From: Spirochaetota bacterium
Lineage (GTDB): Bacteria > Spirochaetota > UBA12135 > COTS27 > CAXSBA01
Reading direction: 5' to 3'
Length of the DNA stretch: 64,000 bases
NCBI GenBank assembly: GCA_965224715.1
Contig: OZ245054.1
Span: forward strand, 2,004,334-2,068,333
The notes beneath the pieces were generated by a model. That model saw only the letters and a list, made by a program, of their open reading frames with translations. It was not told where the DNA came from and searched no databases. The number at the start of each line of letters is the position of its first letter. Within the stretch, counting starts at the first letter, position 1. Shown one piece after another: positions 9,674 to 20,854 of this stretch. A program made the translations under genes and the position numbers.

Positions 9674-11083
9674 TCAATAACGATAAGTATCAGATTTAAA
9701 AGGGCCTTTGACCGGCACTCCAATATACTTTGCCTGTTTTGGAGTTAGAGTTTCAAGCTTAGCTCCGAGTTTAGCCAAATGAAGCCGGGCAACTTCTTCA
9801 TCTAAATGCTTAGGGAGAATATAAACTTTCTTCTGATATTTTTTACTATAATTCCATAACTCAATCTGAGCTAAAGTTTGATTACAAAAAGAATTAGACA
9901 TTACGAAAGAGGGATGACCAGTAGCACAACCAAGGTTGACCAATCGGCCCTCTGCCAAAATGATTATATCCTTGTTTTTGATAGTATATTTATCCACTTG
10001 GGGTTTAATATTAACCTTTGACTTACCATAATTTTTTTCTAACCAAGGCATGTCAATTTCATTATCAAAATGCCCGATATTACAAATTACAACTTTATCT
10101 TTAGCAGACTTGAAGTGCTGGGAAGTAATAATATCACGATTACCGGTAGCAGTTACAACGATGTCAGCACGAGGAACTGCCTCATCCATGGGCACCACCT
10201 CAAATCCTTCCATACAGGCCTGAAGAGCACAAATAGGGTCAATCTCACTCACCATCACCCTGACCCCAGCTTGTCTCAAAGATTCAGCTGAACCTTTACC
10301 CACATCTCCGAAACCGGCTACTACTGCTGTCTTACCAGCCAACATCAAGTCAGTAGCTCGACGAATCGCATCCACTAAAGATTCACGACAACCGTATTTA
10401 TTATCGAACTTAGACTTAGTGACCGAATCATTGACATTTATAGCAGGGATGGGGAGTTTTCCTTTTTTCATCCGTTCATAAAGACGAAGAACTCCGGTGG
10501 TAGTTTCCTCAGAAATTCCACGGATCCCAGAAACAAGTTGAGGATATTGATCTAGAACCATATTGGTGAGATCACCCCCATCATCTAGAATCATGTTAAG
10601 AGGTCGATCACTAGAGCCAAAAAATAGAGTTTGCTCAATACACCAGTCGAATTCCTGTTGGCTCATCTCCTTCCAAGCAAAAATCGGAATACCCTTCACC
10701 GCTAAGGCTGCGGCTGCATGGTCCTGGGTCGAAAAGATATTACAGGAAGACCATCTTATTTCTGCTCCTAATTCAATTAGGGTTTCAATTAATACCGCAG
10801 TCTGAATAGTCATATGAAGACAACCTGCAATCCGGGCTCCTTTAAGTGGTTTTTGAGTTTTAAATTTTTTACGAAGATGCATAAGACCAGGCATTTCTGC
10901 TTCAGCTAATTCAATTTCCTTCCTTCCCCAACCTGCTAAGGAAATATCCTTAACCTTATAATCCGGAAGAAAATAATTTTTATTTTTGAACTTTCTGACT
11001 TTTTTTTTGGAATTGAGTGCAGCTCCAATTTTTTCAGAAACTTTTTCTTCTTGTAATTTTTCTTTTAGTGAAATAAGTGTCAT
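9674..11083 (-). CDS. ahcY: Adenosylhomocysteinase
   Basis: 469 aa with full-length similarity to AhcY, including the NAD-binding GFGDVGKG motif, [11 protein letters not shown]-like [14 protein letters not shown] and a C-terminal [11 protein letters not shown]. Confidence 0.95.
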   Translation of the reverse strand: MTLISLKEKLQEEKVSEKIGAALNSKKKVRKFKNKNYFLPDYKVKDISLAGWGRKEIELAEAEMPGLMHLRKKFKTQKPLKGARIAGCLHMTIQTAVLIETLIELGAEIRWSSCNIFSTQDHAAAALAVKGIPIFAWKEMSQQEFDWCIEQTLFFGSSDRPLNMILDDGGDLTNMVLDQYPQLVSGIRGISEETTTGVLRLYERMKKGKLPIPAINVNDSVTKSKFDNKYGCRESLVDAIRRATDLMLAGKTAVVAGFGDVGKGSAESLRQAGVRVMVSEIDPICALQACMEGFEVVPMDEAVPRADIVVTATGNRDIITSQHFKSAKDKVVICNIGHFDNEIDMPWLEKNYGKSKVNIKPQVDKYTIKNKDIIILAEGRLVNLGCATGHPSFVMSNSFCNQTLAQIELWNYSKKYQKKVYILPKHLDEEVARLHLAKLGAKLETLTPKQAKYIGVPVKGPFKSDTYRY

Positions 11084-11093
11084 AGTGTTCTCC

Positions 11094-12275
11094 TTAAATG
11101 TTTTTTTTGATTAATTCAACTTTATCTAATTTTTCCCAAGGAAAGATCTCTTTTCCAAAATGGCCATAACTAGAAGTGTCTCGATAACACCACTCTTCCT
11201 GAGAAAGGTTGTTAAGTTTGAGTTCTTTGATTAAACGATGAGGTCGAAAGTCGAAAATATCGGGATTACTAAGAATATCTTCAATTTTCTCTATTTCAAC
11301 TTTGGCAGTCCCATAAGTATCCACGTTGAGACTGATAGGGTGAGATACTCCGATAGCATAGGACACTTGAATCTCACATTTCTTCGCTAGTCCAGCAGCT
11401 ACGATATTCTTAGCGGCATATCGAGCATAATAAGCAGCGGAACGGTCTACCTTAGAGGGATCCTTTCCAGAAAAGGCTCCTCCCCCATGGCTTCCTACTC
11501 CGCCGTAGGTGTCAACAATGATTTTTCGGCCTGTAAGTCCGGCATCTCCATGAGGTCCCCCAATCACAAAACGACCAGTGGGATTAATATAGAATACCGT
11601 ATCATCAGAAATTAAGTCAGTATATCTAAGTGCTTTCTTACATTCATCAATCAAGAGAGGACGAATTTTGTCTAGGGGAAGGTCATCAGTTTGATGAGAA
11701 AGAACCACAGAATGAATAAAAACCGGTTTTCCGTTCTCATAACGGACGGAAACCTGAGCTTTGGAATCGGGGCGAAGAAAAGGTATTTGGTTGCTCTTTC
11801 GTAAAGAAGCAAAATGATTTAAAAGGTTATGACTAAAGGAGATCGGAGCTGGAAGAAAATTATTGGTTTCATCAGTAGCATAACCAAACATCATCCCCTG
11901 ATCCCCAGCTCCCTGCTTTTCCTCCTTACCTCGATCTACTCCTTGAGCAATATCCTGAGACTGTTCGTGGATCCGATTATCATAAGTGAAAGTTTTGAAA
12001 CAAAATTGATATTCTTCTTTATCATAACCGATGCCCTTAACCGCCTGACGAACGATTTGCTCAAAGTTGAGATTCTCAATACCTTTAACTCGGACTTCTC
12101 CAAAATTCACAACCCAATTTGTAGAAACAGAAGTTTCACAAGCTACTCTAGACCCAGAGTCAGATTTAAGACAAGCATCTAAAATAGAATCTGAGATGAT
12201 GTCACAAATCTTATCAGGATGTCCTTCTGATACTGATTCCGATGTAAAAATATGGTCTTGATAAATTTTACTCAT
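11094..12275 (-). CDS. metK: S-adenosylmethionine synthase
   Basis: 393 aa with the signature motifs [19 protein letters not shown] and [19 protein letters not shown]. Confidence 0.95.
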   Translation of the reverse strand: MSKIYQDHIFTSESVSEGHPDKICDIISDSILDACLKSDSGSRVACETSVSTNWVVNFGEVRVKGIENLNFEQIVRQAVKGIGYDKEEYQFCFKTFTYDNRIHEQSQDIAQGVDRGKEEKQGAGDQGMMFGYATDETNNFLPAPISFSHNLLNHFASLRKSNQIPFLRPDSKAQVSVRYENGKPVFIHSVVLSHQTDDLPLDKIRPLLIDECKKALRYTDLISDDTVFYINPTGRFVIGGPHGDAGLTGRKIIVDTYGGVGSHGGGAFSGKDPSKVDRSAAYYARYAAKNIVAAGLAKKCEIQVSYAIGVSHPISLNVDTYGTAKVEIEKIEDILSNPDIFDFRPHRLIKELKLNNLSQEEWCYRDTSSYGHFGKEIFPWEKLDKVELIKKNI

Positions 12276-12471
12276 AAATTAACCTTTTAATGATTACCTA
12301 TACCCTCTTTTTAAGGGTTGAGAAATAAACATATAATTATATCATTATAATATACTTATTTTTTTTATTATTGTGAAGAGCCTAAAGTTCAAAGTTCAAA
12401 CCGGACAGTAAGAATTTATTAAAGTTTATAATCAAAAATATCTTAGTAAGATTATCAGTTTGAAAAAGGAA

Positions 12472-12534
12472 GCATAAACCTATAAACAAAAAAGTATGAC
12501 ATTTGACAGTCGTTTAGATATTAGAATGCTTATT
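12472..12534 (+). repeat. Conserved intergenic block 1, copy B (upstream of the GGDEF gene)
   Basis: AAAAGTATGACATTTGACAGTCGTTTAGATATTAGAATGCTTATT, the homolog of 6289-6334. Confidence 0.7.
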
Positions 12535-12796
12535 CCTCATGGTAAATAGTATCTTTCATAACCGTGCCATATGTTGAGATAAAATTCTATCAGTCCTTAC
12601 TATTCATAGCAAAAAGAAACTAATAAGAATTAATCTTATTATTAGAAGATTTTTTTCTAAAAGAGTAATCTGAATAAAATAAGCCTAATTTATTTCTTAA
12701 ATACAGATTATTAGTTGTTTATTATATTATAATTTAGTATAATTATTAGATATAATAAATTTTTAAATAAAAGCAAGTTTTTTTATATTCCATTAA

Positions 12797-13831
12797 ATGA
12801 AATCAAATAATGATTTTGAAAAAGATTTACTAAAATTAGTAATCCAAGATTTCTTTTCTTTTACAGATATAGGTTTTCTGATCAAAGTAATTAATGGTCC
12901 TTTTCTTTATGCTAGTGATAGTTTTTATAAAAATTTTAAGAATTTTATAAAAGTCAAAAACATAGTAGGTAAAAACGCAAGTGACATTTTTGATAAAAAT
13001 CGAGAACATCAATTCCAAAACGATAATATTTTTTTAAAAAAAACCAAGCATATAAGTACTAATTATCTTTTCTTATCCAAAAAGGATAAGATTTATTCTT
13101 TCTACTATATCAAATTTAAGTTAAAAAATCTACCTATTAAATTTCCTATCAACAAAAAAATGATCGGTATTATTATTTTTAAATCCACTAATCACAAAAT
13201 AAATGAAAATAATATAAGTATAAATAAGAATTCACATATCCGAACAACTAAAATTTCTAAGTTAATTAAGTCGGTTAAAGAAATCTATCATCTTAATAAA
13301 AAAGACGATAACAAAAAAAACAAACTTCAAAATATCATTCAACAAATTAAGAATTTATCGAATCGTGACTTTTTAACCAATCTCTATAACCGTAGTGCTT
13401 TTGAAGATATCATAAAGTCAGAATATGAAAAGTCTTTTCAATCATCTAATTATATCTGCCTCTTATTGATAGATATCGATGACTTCAAAAGTGTTAATGA
13501 TAACTTTGGACATATGAGTGGAGATGCCATTATAAAAGAACTTAGTAAGGTATTGATTCGATCGCTTCGAAAGACCGATTATGTTGCTCGTTGGGGCGGT
13601 GAGGAATTTGCAGTTATTCTCCCTAAATGTAATTCGCATAATGCTCAATTGATTGCTGATAAAATTCTCAAAAATACTCGTAAAAAGAATTTTAAACCTA
13701 TTAAAGTGACAGTCAGTATTGGAATTGCCCAGCTAAATCCTAATGAGGATATAACTTCATGGTTTATTCGTGCCGATAATGCCTTAATAAAGTCTAAGAA
13801 AGAAGGTAAAAACCGCTTTTGTATTTCTTAA
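12797..13831 (+). CDS. GGDEF-domain diguanylate cyclase with N-terminal sensory (PAS-like) region
   Basis: The C-terminal GGDEF domain shows RDFLTNLYNR, DIDDFKSVNDNFGH and RWGGEEFAVIL. Confidence 0.85.
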   Translation: MKSNNDFEKDLLKLVIQDFFSFTDIGFLIKVINGPFLYASDSFYKNFKNFIKVKNIVGKNASDIFDKNREHQFQNDNIFLKKTKHISTNYLFLSKKDKIYSFYYIKFKLKNLPIKFPINKKMIGIIIFKSTNHKINENNISINKNSHIRTTKISKLIKSVKEIYHLNKKDDNKKNKLQNIIQQIKNLSNRDFLTNLYNRSAFEDIIKSEYEKSFQSSNYICLLLIDIDDFKSVNDNFGHMSGDAIIKELSKVLIRSLRKTDYVARWGGEEFAVILPKCNSHNAQLIADKILKNTRKKNFKPIKVTVSIGIAQLNPNEDITSWFIRADNALIKSKKEGKNRFCIS

Positions 13832-13849
13832 TTACACAATAAACACACT

Positions 13850-14212
13850 TTGCAAAAACTATTATTAGTCGGACTAGGGGGTTTTACTGGGGCTATATCA
13901 AGGTATCTATTTTCTTTGATATTAGAGTTATTGCCCATTACGCTTTTTACCTCGGGCACATTGTCAGTGCTGCTTATCAATAATGGGGGAAGTTTTTTAG
14001 CTGGAATCTTTATTAACAAAATCAACAATGAAGCCCTCCGTCTCATTTTTATTACTGGTTTTCTTGGATCTTTTACTACTTTTTCTGCCTTTAGCCAAGA
14101 AGGAATGAAACTGTTCTATGATAAGGCCTGGTTTTTGTTTTATGGTTTTCTTTCATTGAATGTCATTAGCTCTCTTATCTTCTATCATCTAGGATATCAA
14201 TGGAGTAATTAA
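13850..14212 (+). CDS. crcB: Fluoride ion channel CrcB
   Basis: 120 aa with 4 TM helices and the CrcB motifs GGFTGAISRY and GFLGSFTTFSAF. Confidence 0.85.
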   Translation: MQKLLLVGLGGFTGAISRYLFSLILELLPITLFTSGTLSVLLINNGGSFLAGIFINKINNEALRLIFITGFLGSFTTFSAFSQEGMKLFYDKAWFLFYGFLSLNVISSLIFYHLGYQWSN

Positions 14213-15853
14213 ATGAGACCTGATTCAAAAACTTGTAAACGAAATATTTTAATCACCTGTGCACTTCCTTATTCGAATGGAGATATCCATGTGGGACACT
14301 TAGTTGAATATATTCAAGCTGATATCTGGGTGCGTTTTCAGAAGATGCGAGGAAATCGATGCCTTTTTTTTTGTGCTGATGACACCCATGGTACCCCCAT
14401 CATGTTAGCTGCCAAAAAAAGAAAGATTTCCCCAGAAGAGATGATAAAGGAAAAGAAACAGGCTCATATTAAAGACTTCCGTAGTTTTGAAGTTGATTTC
14501 ACTCATTATTCTGATACTCATTCTCCCTTAAACCGAAAGATCGTTGATCGTTTTTTTAAGTCAATGGAAACCCACCGGACCCTTAATTTTCGAGAAGTGG
14601 AACAAGCCTATTGTAATCAATGTAAAATGTTTCTTCCTGACCGTTTTATCAAAGGAACTTGCCCTAAATGTGGTAATGATAATCAATACGGTGATTCCTG
14701 TGATCAATGTGGATCCACCTATAATCCATTGGAAATGAAAAACCCTTTCTGTGTCACTTGTGGAGAAAAACCCAACAACAAAAAAAGTGAACATCTTTTT
14801 TTCCGACTCTCGGATTTTCAAGACTTTCTTCAAGAATGGGTTCCAGCTCACACATCACCTGAAGTTGCTCGAAAATTAGATGAGTGGCTGAAGAACACTC
14901 TCCGAGACTGGAATATCAGTCGTGATGCTCCCTACTTTGGTTTTGATATTCCCGGCTATCCGGAGAAATTCTTCTATGTTTGGATGGATGCACCTGTCGG
15001 TTATATCGCCGCCACTGCAGAGTGGAGCCAAAACCATAAAACAGACTATGAAGAAATTTGGAATAACTCGGATTGGGAAATTCATCATTTTATTGGAAAA
15101 GATATTATCTATTTTCATGGTCTGTTTTGGCCTGCGATGCTCAAAAATACTGGTCTTTCCACCCCTACGCGCATTCATGCCCATGGCTTCCTTACCATCA
15201 ACGGAGAAAAGATGAGCAAGTCCAAGAACACCTTCATCAATGCCCGTGATTATCTTCAATATTTGAGTCCTCTCTATCTTCGTTATTATTTCTTCAGTAA
15301 AATTTCTCCCAACCTTAACGATATCGACCTTAATTGGAATGACTTTCGAGAAAAAATTAACAGCATCTTGATAGCTAAGATTACCAATATCGCATCCCGT
15401 TGCCTTCAAATGCTTCATAAAAAATCAGGAGGTCAACTTACTTCAATGACCCCAGAAGGAATTTTCCTTATTGAAAAATTCAGAGAAGAGCATGAAATCT
15501 TGGCTCAAAGATATGAAGATAGGGAATATGCTAAAGTTGCAGTAACGATCCGAGATATGGCCGAGAAAACTAATCAATATTTAGATGATCGAACACCATG
15601 GAAAATGGAAGATAAAAACCTCCGGGATCAAGTTCTTACCGACGGAATCAACCTATTTAGAGTGATCACTATCTATTTGGCTCCGGTCCTCCCTTCATTC
15701 GCTAAAAAAGTAGCCAGTTTTTTCTACGAGGAGGATTATCGATGGGAATCCTTAAAAAGTCCAGTTGAAAACATCAAAACAGCACCTTATGAATACCTCA
15801 TGACCCGGATAGAGGAAAACACTATCAATAACCTAACCCACACTCAAGTATAA
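14213..15853 (+). CDS. metG: Methionine--tRNA ligase (short form, no C-terminal tRNA-binding domain)
   Basis: HIGH-type motif PYSNGDIHVGH, zinc knuckles CPKCG/CDQCG and KMSKS. The start abuts the crcB stop (TAAATG). Confidence 0.95.
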   Translation: MRPDSKTCKRNILITCALPYSNGDIHVGHLVEYIQADIWVRFQKMRGNRCLFFCADDTHGTPIMLAAKKRKISPEEMIKEKKQAHIKDFRSFEVDFTHYSDTHSPLNRKIVDRFFKSMETHRTLNFREVEQAYCNQCKMFLPDRFIKGTCPKCGNDNQYGDSCDQCGSTYNPLEMKNPFCVTCGEKPNNKKSEHLFFRLSDFQDFLQEWVPAHTSPEVARKLDEWLKNTLRDWNISRDAPYFGFDIPGYPEKFFYVWMDAPVGYIAATAEWSQNHKTDYEEIWNNSDWEIHHFIGKDIIYFHGLFWPAMLKNTGLSTPTRIHAHGFLTINGEKMSKSKNTFINARDYLQYLSPLYLRYYFFSKISPNLNDIDLNWNDFREKINSILIAKITNIASRCLQMLHKKSGGQLTSMTPEGIFLIEKFREEHEILAQRYEDREYAKVAVTIRDMAEKTNQYLDDRTPWKMEDKNLRDQVLTDGINLFRVITIYLAPVLPSFAKKVASFFYEEDYRWESLKSPVENIKTAPYEYLMTRIEENTINNLTHTQV

Positions 15854-15888
15854 TTTAATATCTTTTTTAAAAAACAGTCTTTAAATCA

Positions 15889-17016
15889 CTAAAAACCAAA
15901 GAAGGATTTTTTCTGATAAATTTTCTTGAGAGGGCTGATCTCCTCCTCTCCACGGTCTCCCGATAGCTTGTCTAATTGTTGGTATAACTTCTTATCCTGA
16001 TCTGATAACTTCTGAGGAATTTGTACCTTGAAAGTGACATAGAGATCTCCTTTTGAAGAGGATTGAATGTAAGGCATCCCCTCCCCTCTAACTCGAATAA
16101 CAGAGCCCGGTTGAGTAGAAGCTGGTATTTTCACTTTGATCTTCTTTCCACTTATAGTTTTCAAAAGGAAAATGGAACCAAGAACCGCTTGAGTAATGGT
16201 GATGGGGATATCGCAGTAAATGTCCTTCTCACGTCTTTCAAAGTGGAGATGGGGCTCTACTGCTACTGAAACGAATAAATCCCCAGAGGCACTCCCTGTC
16301 ATTGCCTCACCTTCACCAGGAATTTTAATACTTTGCCCATCATCAATACCAGCGGGAATTTTTACTTTAAGGGTTTTTTTCTTATCCATCACTCCAGAAC
16401 CATGACAATTCCTACAAGGCTTTTCTAAACGACTACCACTCCCTTGACAATTAGGACAAGTCGTAGTGATACTGAATAGACCTCGGTTTTGTCTGATTTT
16501 ACCCTGCCCTGCACAGGTAGTACAGGTTTGAGGTGCTTGGCCATCAGCAGTTCCTTTTCCCTGACAAGTACCACAAACATCCTTCTTGGTAAAAGAAATT
16601 GTAGTCTCCTTCCCTTTATAGGCTTCTTCTAAAGAAATCGAAAGATTATATTTAAGGTCAGCTCCACGACGTTGTCGCTGGCTCCTTCCACCTCCGAAGA
16701 AACTCTCAAAGATGCTTTCCCCCCCAAAGGCTTCTTCAAAAATATCAGAAAAGTTGAATCCCCCTCCGGAAAAACCACTGAACCCTTGATCGCCGACTCC
16801 AGCATGACCAAATTGGTCATAAGCTGTTTTTTTCTTCTCATCAGAGAGAACCGAATAAGCTTCGTTTATTTCTTTAAAAACCTCTTCCGCGTTAGGATTA
16901 TCCCTATTACGATCAGGATGACTTTCAATCGCCTTCTTGCGATAGGCTTTTTTTATTTCCTCTTGGCTAGCCCCTCTACTGACACCGAGAACATCATAAT
17001 AATCTTTTTTCGACAT
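15889..17016 (-). CDS. dnaJ: Molecular chaperone DnaJ
   Basis: J domain with HPD ([13 protein letters not shown]), a G/F-rich linker and four CxxCxGxG zinc-finger repeats. Confidence 0.95.
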   Translation of the reverse strand: MSKKDYYDVLGVSRGASQEEIKKAYRKKAIESHPDRNRDNPNAEEVFKEINEAYSVLSDEKKKTAYDQFGHAGVGDQGFSGFSGGGFNFSDIFEEAFGGESIFESFFGGGRSQRQRRGADLKYNLSISLEEAYKGKETTISFTKKDVCGTCQGKGTADGQAPQTCTTCAGQGKIRQNRGLFSITTTCPNCQGSGSRLEKPCRNCHGSGVMDKKKTLKVKIPAGIDDGQSIKIPGEGEAMTGSASGDLFVSVAVEPHLHFERREKDIYCDIPITITQAVLGSIFLLKTISGKKIKVKIPASTQPGSVIRVRGEGMPYIQSSSKGDLYVTFKVQIPQKLSDQDKKLYQQLDKLSGDRGEEEISPLKKIYQKKSFFGF

Positions 17017-17033
17017 TCATATTACCGGAAAGA

Positions 17034-18956
17034 TTATTTTTTTTTATCCTCATCTACAACTTCATAATCAGCATCAACCACATCATTATCGGACTTACCT
17101 TGAGACTTTTCAGTATTTTTAGTATTTGAGGACTTAGACTGAGTGGTATCATTACTTTGAGACTTCTTATAAATCTCCTCACCTGCTTTTTGACTGCTTT
17201 GGGTAAGATTATTGATAGCATTCTGGATAGCTTCTTTATCTTTACCAGCTAACTTTTCTTTCAATATCTTAAGATCACTCTCAACCTTACTTTTGTCTTC
17301 TGGAGATATCTTATCGCTGCTTTCTTTAAGCATCTTTTCAGTCTGATAAACCAAATTGTCTCCCATATTCACTGTTTCCATGGTTTCTCGAAACTGTTTG
17401 TCCTGCTCCCGGTTTTTCTCCCCCTCTTCAACCATTTTTTTAATCTCATCATCGTTGAGTCCACTGGAAGCTTCTATCCGAATCTTGTTTTCCTTGCCGG
17501 TACCTAAGTCCTTGGCATTCACATTGAGGATACCATTAGCATTGATATCGAAAGTTACCTCAATTTGAGGAATTCCACGGGGAGCTGATGGGATTTCTTC
17601 TAGATTAAACCTTCCGAGAAGACGATTTTGTGTGGCCATTTCTCTTTCTCCTTGATAGACATTGATAGTTACCGCTGTCTGATTATCTTCTGCAGTCGAG
17701 AAAGTTTGACTTTTTTTAGTAGGGATGGTAGTATTTCTTTCAATTAGTTTGGTCATCACCCCACCTAAGGTTTCAATACCCAAAGACAATGGTGTCACAT
17801 CTAATAAAAGAATGTCTTTAACATCCCCACCTAAAATACCTCCTTGGATAGCAGCTCCCATAGCCACTACTTCATCGGGATTAACCCCTTTACTGGGATC
17901 ACGCTTGAATATTTCCTTTACAATCGCCTGCACTGATGGAATTCGGGTAGAACCACCAACTAAAATCACCTCATTGATCTCATCAACATTGAATTTAGAA
18001 TCTTTGATGGCATTAAGACAAGGTTGCTTCAACTTTTCAAGAAGGGGATCCACCAATTGCTCAAATTTTGACCGAGTAATATTAAGGTTCATATGCTTAG
18101 GACCAGAAGCATCAGCAGTGATGAAAGGGAGGTTAATATCTGTAGAAGTTGTGGCAGATAGTTCCTTTTTGGCCTTTTCCGCAGCCTCTTTAAGTCTCTG
18201 AAGTGCCATAGGGTCTTTCTTAAGATCAACCCCCCCATTCTCCTTTTTAAACTCATCTGCTAGAAAATCAATCAGAATTTCATCAAAATTATCTCCCCCG
18301 AGATGAGTATCTCCATTAGTAGATTTTACCTCAAAAACTCCATCTCCCAATTCTAATATAGATATATCAAAAGTCCCTCCCCCTAAATCGAAAACCGCAA
18401 TTTTCAAATTCTGCTTCTTGTCAAGACCATAAGCCAAAGCCGCAGCAGTAGGTTCGTTCACAATCCGTTTTACCTCTAAGCCAGCAACTTTTCCAGCATC
18501 AACAGTAGCTTGACGTTGAGCATCGTTGAAATAGGCAGGCACAGTGATCACAGCTTCCTTCACTGGGCTACCGATATAATCCTCAGCAGCTTGTTTCATT
18601 TTCTCAAGAATTCGAGCAGAGATCTCTTGCGGGGTAAAATTCTTGTCCCCTACACTGATCTTAACCTTTCGTCCTGCATCACTAATTTTATACGGAAAAT
18701 TAGATATATCTTGATTTATTTCATTCAAAGATGCTCCCATAAACCTTTTCACTGAGTAAATGGTCTTGGTTGGGTTAGTAATCATTTGATTCTTAGCTGA
18801 CTGACCGACTAGAACATCTCCTTTATCTGTAAAGGCTACAATTGAAGGGGTGGTCCGCATGCCCTCAGCATTTTGAATGACTATTGGCTCTCCTCCCTCA
18901 ATTACGGAAACACAGGAATTCGTAGTTCCTAAATCAATACCGATTATTTTTGACAT
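17034..18956 (-). CDS. dnaK: Molecular chaperone DnaK (Hsp70)
   Basis: 640 aa with the Hsp70 signatures [18 protein letters not shown] and [11 protein letters not shown]. Confidence 0.97.
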   Translation of the reverse strand: MSKIIGIDLGTTNSCVSVIEGGEPIVIQNAEGMRTTPSIVAFTDKGDVLVGQSAKNQMITNPTKTIYSVKRFMGASLNEINQDISNFPYKISDAGRKVKISVGDKNFTPQEISARILEKMKQAAEDYIGSPVKEAVITVPAYFNDAQRQATVDAGKVAGLEVKRIVNEPTAAALAYGLDKKQNLKIAVFDLGGGTFDISILELGDGVFEVKSTNGDTHLGGDNFDEILIDFLADEFKKENGGVDLKKDPMALQRLKEAAEKAKKELSATTSTDINLPFITADASGPKHMNLNITRSKFEQLVDPLLEKLKQPCLNAIKDSKFNVDEINEVILVGGSTRIPSVQAIVKEIFKRDPSKGVNPDEVVAMGAAIQGGILGGDVKDILLLDVTPLSLGIETLGGVMTKLIERNTTIPTKKSQTFSTAEDNQTAVTINVYQGEREMATQNRLLGRFNLEEIPSAPRGIPQIEVTFDINANGILNVNAKDLGTGKENKIRIEASSGLNDDEIKKMVEEGEKNREQDKQFRETMETVNMGDNLVYQTEKMLKESSDKISPEDKSKVESDLKILKEKLAGKDKEAIQNAINNLTQSSQKAGEEIYKKSQSNDTTQSKSSNTKNTEKSQGKSDNDVVDADYEVVDEDKKK

Positions 18957-18999
18957 CTTGTCCTCCTATTTATTACTGCAAACATTTAATTATTATAAA

Positions 19000-19725
19000 T
19001 CAACTCTGGGACAGACTTCCATCTTGCCCAAGTTCTGTTTCATTCATTTCTTTAACATTATCCCCACTAGCTAAATCACTGGCCCCTAACTTCTTTGATA
19101 TTTCCAAAAATTTTGGCTTCTCAACTTTAACCATGGCTTCCCTAAGAAGGCGACCATTCATGAGGTAACCTTGTTGAAAAACCTCCATAACTTTTTCTTT
19201 ATCAGCCTTATCTGTCTCTTCAAAAAAGATTGCCTGATGAATATTGGGATCGAAGTCATCGCCAATTTGAGTAGATGCCATCACTTTATGCTCTTCTAGA
19301 AATTTATCCATTTCCTGTTTGATTAATTTAAAACCTTTTAAAAAAGCTTGATTAGCTTGATTAGTTATTTCTCCATCTAAAGCTTTTGTGTAGCTATCAT
19401 AGATTTTAAGAAAATTCTTAAAAATACCTTCACCAGCATTAGCTAAGATACGATCCTTTTCCTCCATTGTCCTTTTACGATAATTGTCAAAATCCGCCCT
19501 AAGCCTAAGTGTAAAATCTTCATTTTCTGCAAGTTTTTTTTGAAAATCACCTAACTCTTTCTCTAAAGACAAATTTCGAGCTAATAGTTCCTCAATTTTC
19601 TTTTTCTCCAACTTACCATCCTCCCTGGCTTGAACTTGATGCCCACTTTCTCTTTTATTTCTTTGATTATTCCTCTCCCCAGATTTAGAGGGAGATTTTA
19701 TTTTTTTTTTATTTACGAAATCCAA
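19000..19725 (-). CDS. grpE: Nucleotide exchange factor GrpE
   Basis: 241 aa with a GrpE core (RLRADFDNYRKR, FDPNIHQA). TTG start preceded by GAGGAG. Lies directly upstream of dnaK-dnaJ. Confidence 0.85.
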   Translation of the reverse strand: MDFVNKKKIKSPSKSGERNNQRNKRESGHQVQAREDGKLEKKKIEELLARNLSLEKELGDFQKKLAENEDFTLRLRADFDNYRKRTMEEKDRILANAGEGIFKNFLKIYDSYTKALDGEITNQANQAFLKGFKLIKQEMDKFLEEHKVMASTQIGDDFDPNIHQAIFFEETDKADKEKVMEVFQQGYLMNGRLLREAMVKVEKPKFLEISKKLGASDLASGDNVKEMNETELGQDGSLSQS

Positions 19726-19862
19726 ATCTACTTCTCCTCAGACTTTTTCTCTAATCAATCATTTAATTTTTTTAAAAAACTCTATTCTTAAAAAATATAC
19801 TCTTTTGTTACTCTTAAGTCAAATTTAGATTGATTAACTCTGAATCATTAAATTTATCCCAA

Positions 19863-19894
19863 GATAAATCAATTGATAATTATCAATATTTATC
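19863..19894. promoter_or_regulatory. 32-bp near-perfect palindrome in the grpE / DUF3108 divergent intergenic region
   Basis: GATAAATCAATTGATAATTATCAATATTTATC. The central 14 bp, TTGATAATTATCAA, are a perfect palindrome. Candidate operator. Confidence 0.35.
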
Positions 19895-19983
19895 AAAAAT
19901 CCGTTACTATCACTTTTGAAATATATTTTACGCACCATTAAGAGATAAAATCATTTTATAATTTTTTATATTTTTTACTTATA

Positions 19984-20826
19984 ATGCGTTTTATAGCTCA
20001 ATTTGATCAATTAGCTGAATTATGGAAATTATTTTATTTAACTTCCCTAAGCAAAACAGGTATCACTGTATTCTATATTATAGCCCTCATTTTTCCAGTT
20101 TGGGCACTACCTGACTTGAAGAACAAACGACCTTTTCAAGTTAATGGAGAGGAACTTAAGTTTGAAGTGAGCTATCTTGGTATCGTAGGTGGTTATAGTA
20201 GTTTTAAAACCACTCCCATTCCTTCTAAGAAAGTTATAAAATTTGAAGCGAGAGCTTATACCATTCCTTGGGTAGAAAAAATTTTCCGCCTACGTCTTTA
20301 TATGACCTCATATTCTGATGAAGAAAATTTTCAAACAATTCAATACAGTGAAAGTCGGCAAGAAAATAAACGCTATTACTACAATATTCAAAGATTTTTT
20401 ATCCCTGAAAAGCACTACATCTTTTCAGATAAAAGAGGATTGGAGGAAGAAAGAGTCGTCAAAGTGAATTATACTAACGACGGAGGAATCAGTGTTATCG
20501 GAGCTTTTCATTATGGTCGAACAACTGATATGGAAGTCGGTAAGACTTATTTTTTAACCTGTTTTTTCAGAGATGAGAATCCCCGCCCCATTGGAATAAA
20601 AATATTGAGAAAGGAAAAAATAAATACTCTTTGGGGTGAGAAAAGTACCATCGTGATCACTCCAGAAATGGAATTTGATGGATTCCTTTCTGGTCAGAAA
20701 AAAATGGAAATATATATTTCCAATGATCCTTATCGCATTCCTTTAGCAGTTGATACTATTCTTAAATTCGGTACCATTAAAGCTAAGTTAATTGACGGAT
20801 ACCCTGGAGAAAAAGTAGATATTTAA
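19984..20826 (+). CDS. DUF3108-like secreted/outer-membrane protein
   Basis: N-terminal hydrophobic segment. GEELKFEVSYLGIVGGYSSFKT is typical of the DUF3108 beta-barrel family. Confidence 0.5.
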   Translation: MRFIAQFDQLAELWKLFYLTSLSKTGITVFYIIALIFPVWALPDLKNKRPFQVNGEELKFEVSYLGIVGGYSSFKTTPIPSKKVIKFEARAYTIPWVEKIFRLRLYMTSYSDEENFQTIQYSESRQENKRYYYNIQRFFIPEKHYIFSDKRGLEEERVVKVNYTNDGGISVIGAFHYGRTTDMEVGKTYFLTCFFRDENPRPIGIKILRKEKINTLWGEKSTIVITPEMEFDGFLSGQKKMEIYISNDPYRIPLAVDTILKFGTIKAKLIDGYPGEKVDI

Positions 20827-20854
20827 ACCTTTTAAACTTTAAAGCCTTACTCAC

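Noticed and set aside
12276-12420. SAM/SAH riboswitch in the metK leader
   Set aside because: A small hairpin (ACCCTTAAAAAGAGGGT on the minus strand, about 25 nt before the start codon) exists. I cannot recognise SAM-I/II/IV/V or SAH consensus elements by eye. It would need cmscan, so it is not reported as a feature.
13780-13850. Fluoride (crcB motif) riboswitch ahead of crcB
   Set aside because: Only 18 nt separate the GGDEF stop from the crcB start. The preceding sequence lacks the conserved GGNGATGG...CTGATGATGCC elements, although an AAACCGC fragment occurs by chance.
14876-15418. 180-aa minus-strand ORF and other antisense ORFs inside metG, dnaK (17725-18201), hsdR (49179-49595, 50102-50479), hsdS and the RND gene
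   Set aside because: They are fully embedded antisense to strongly supported conserved genes, have low-complexity or odd composition, and show no RBS. They are typical shadow ORFs.
19726-19983. CIRCE/HrcA operator upstream of grpE
   Set aside because: No TTAGCACTC-N9-GAGTGCTAA-like inverted repeat is visible on either strand, and no hrcA gene is adjacent.
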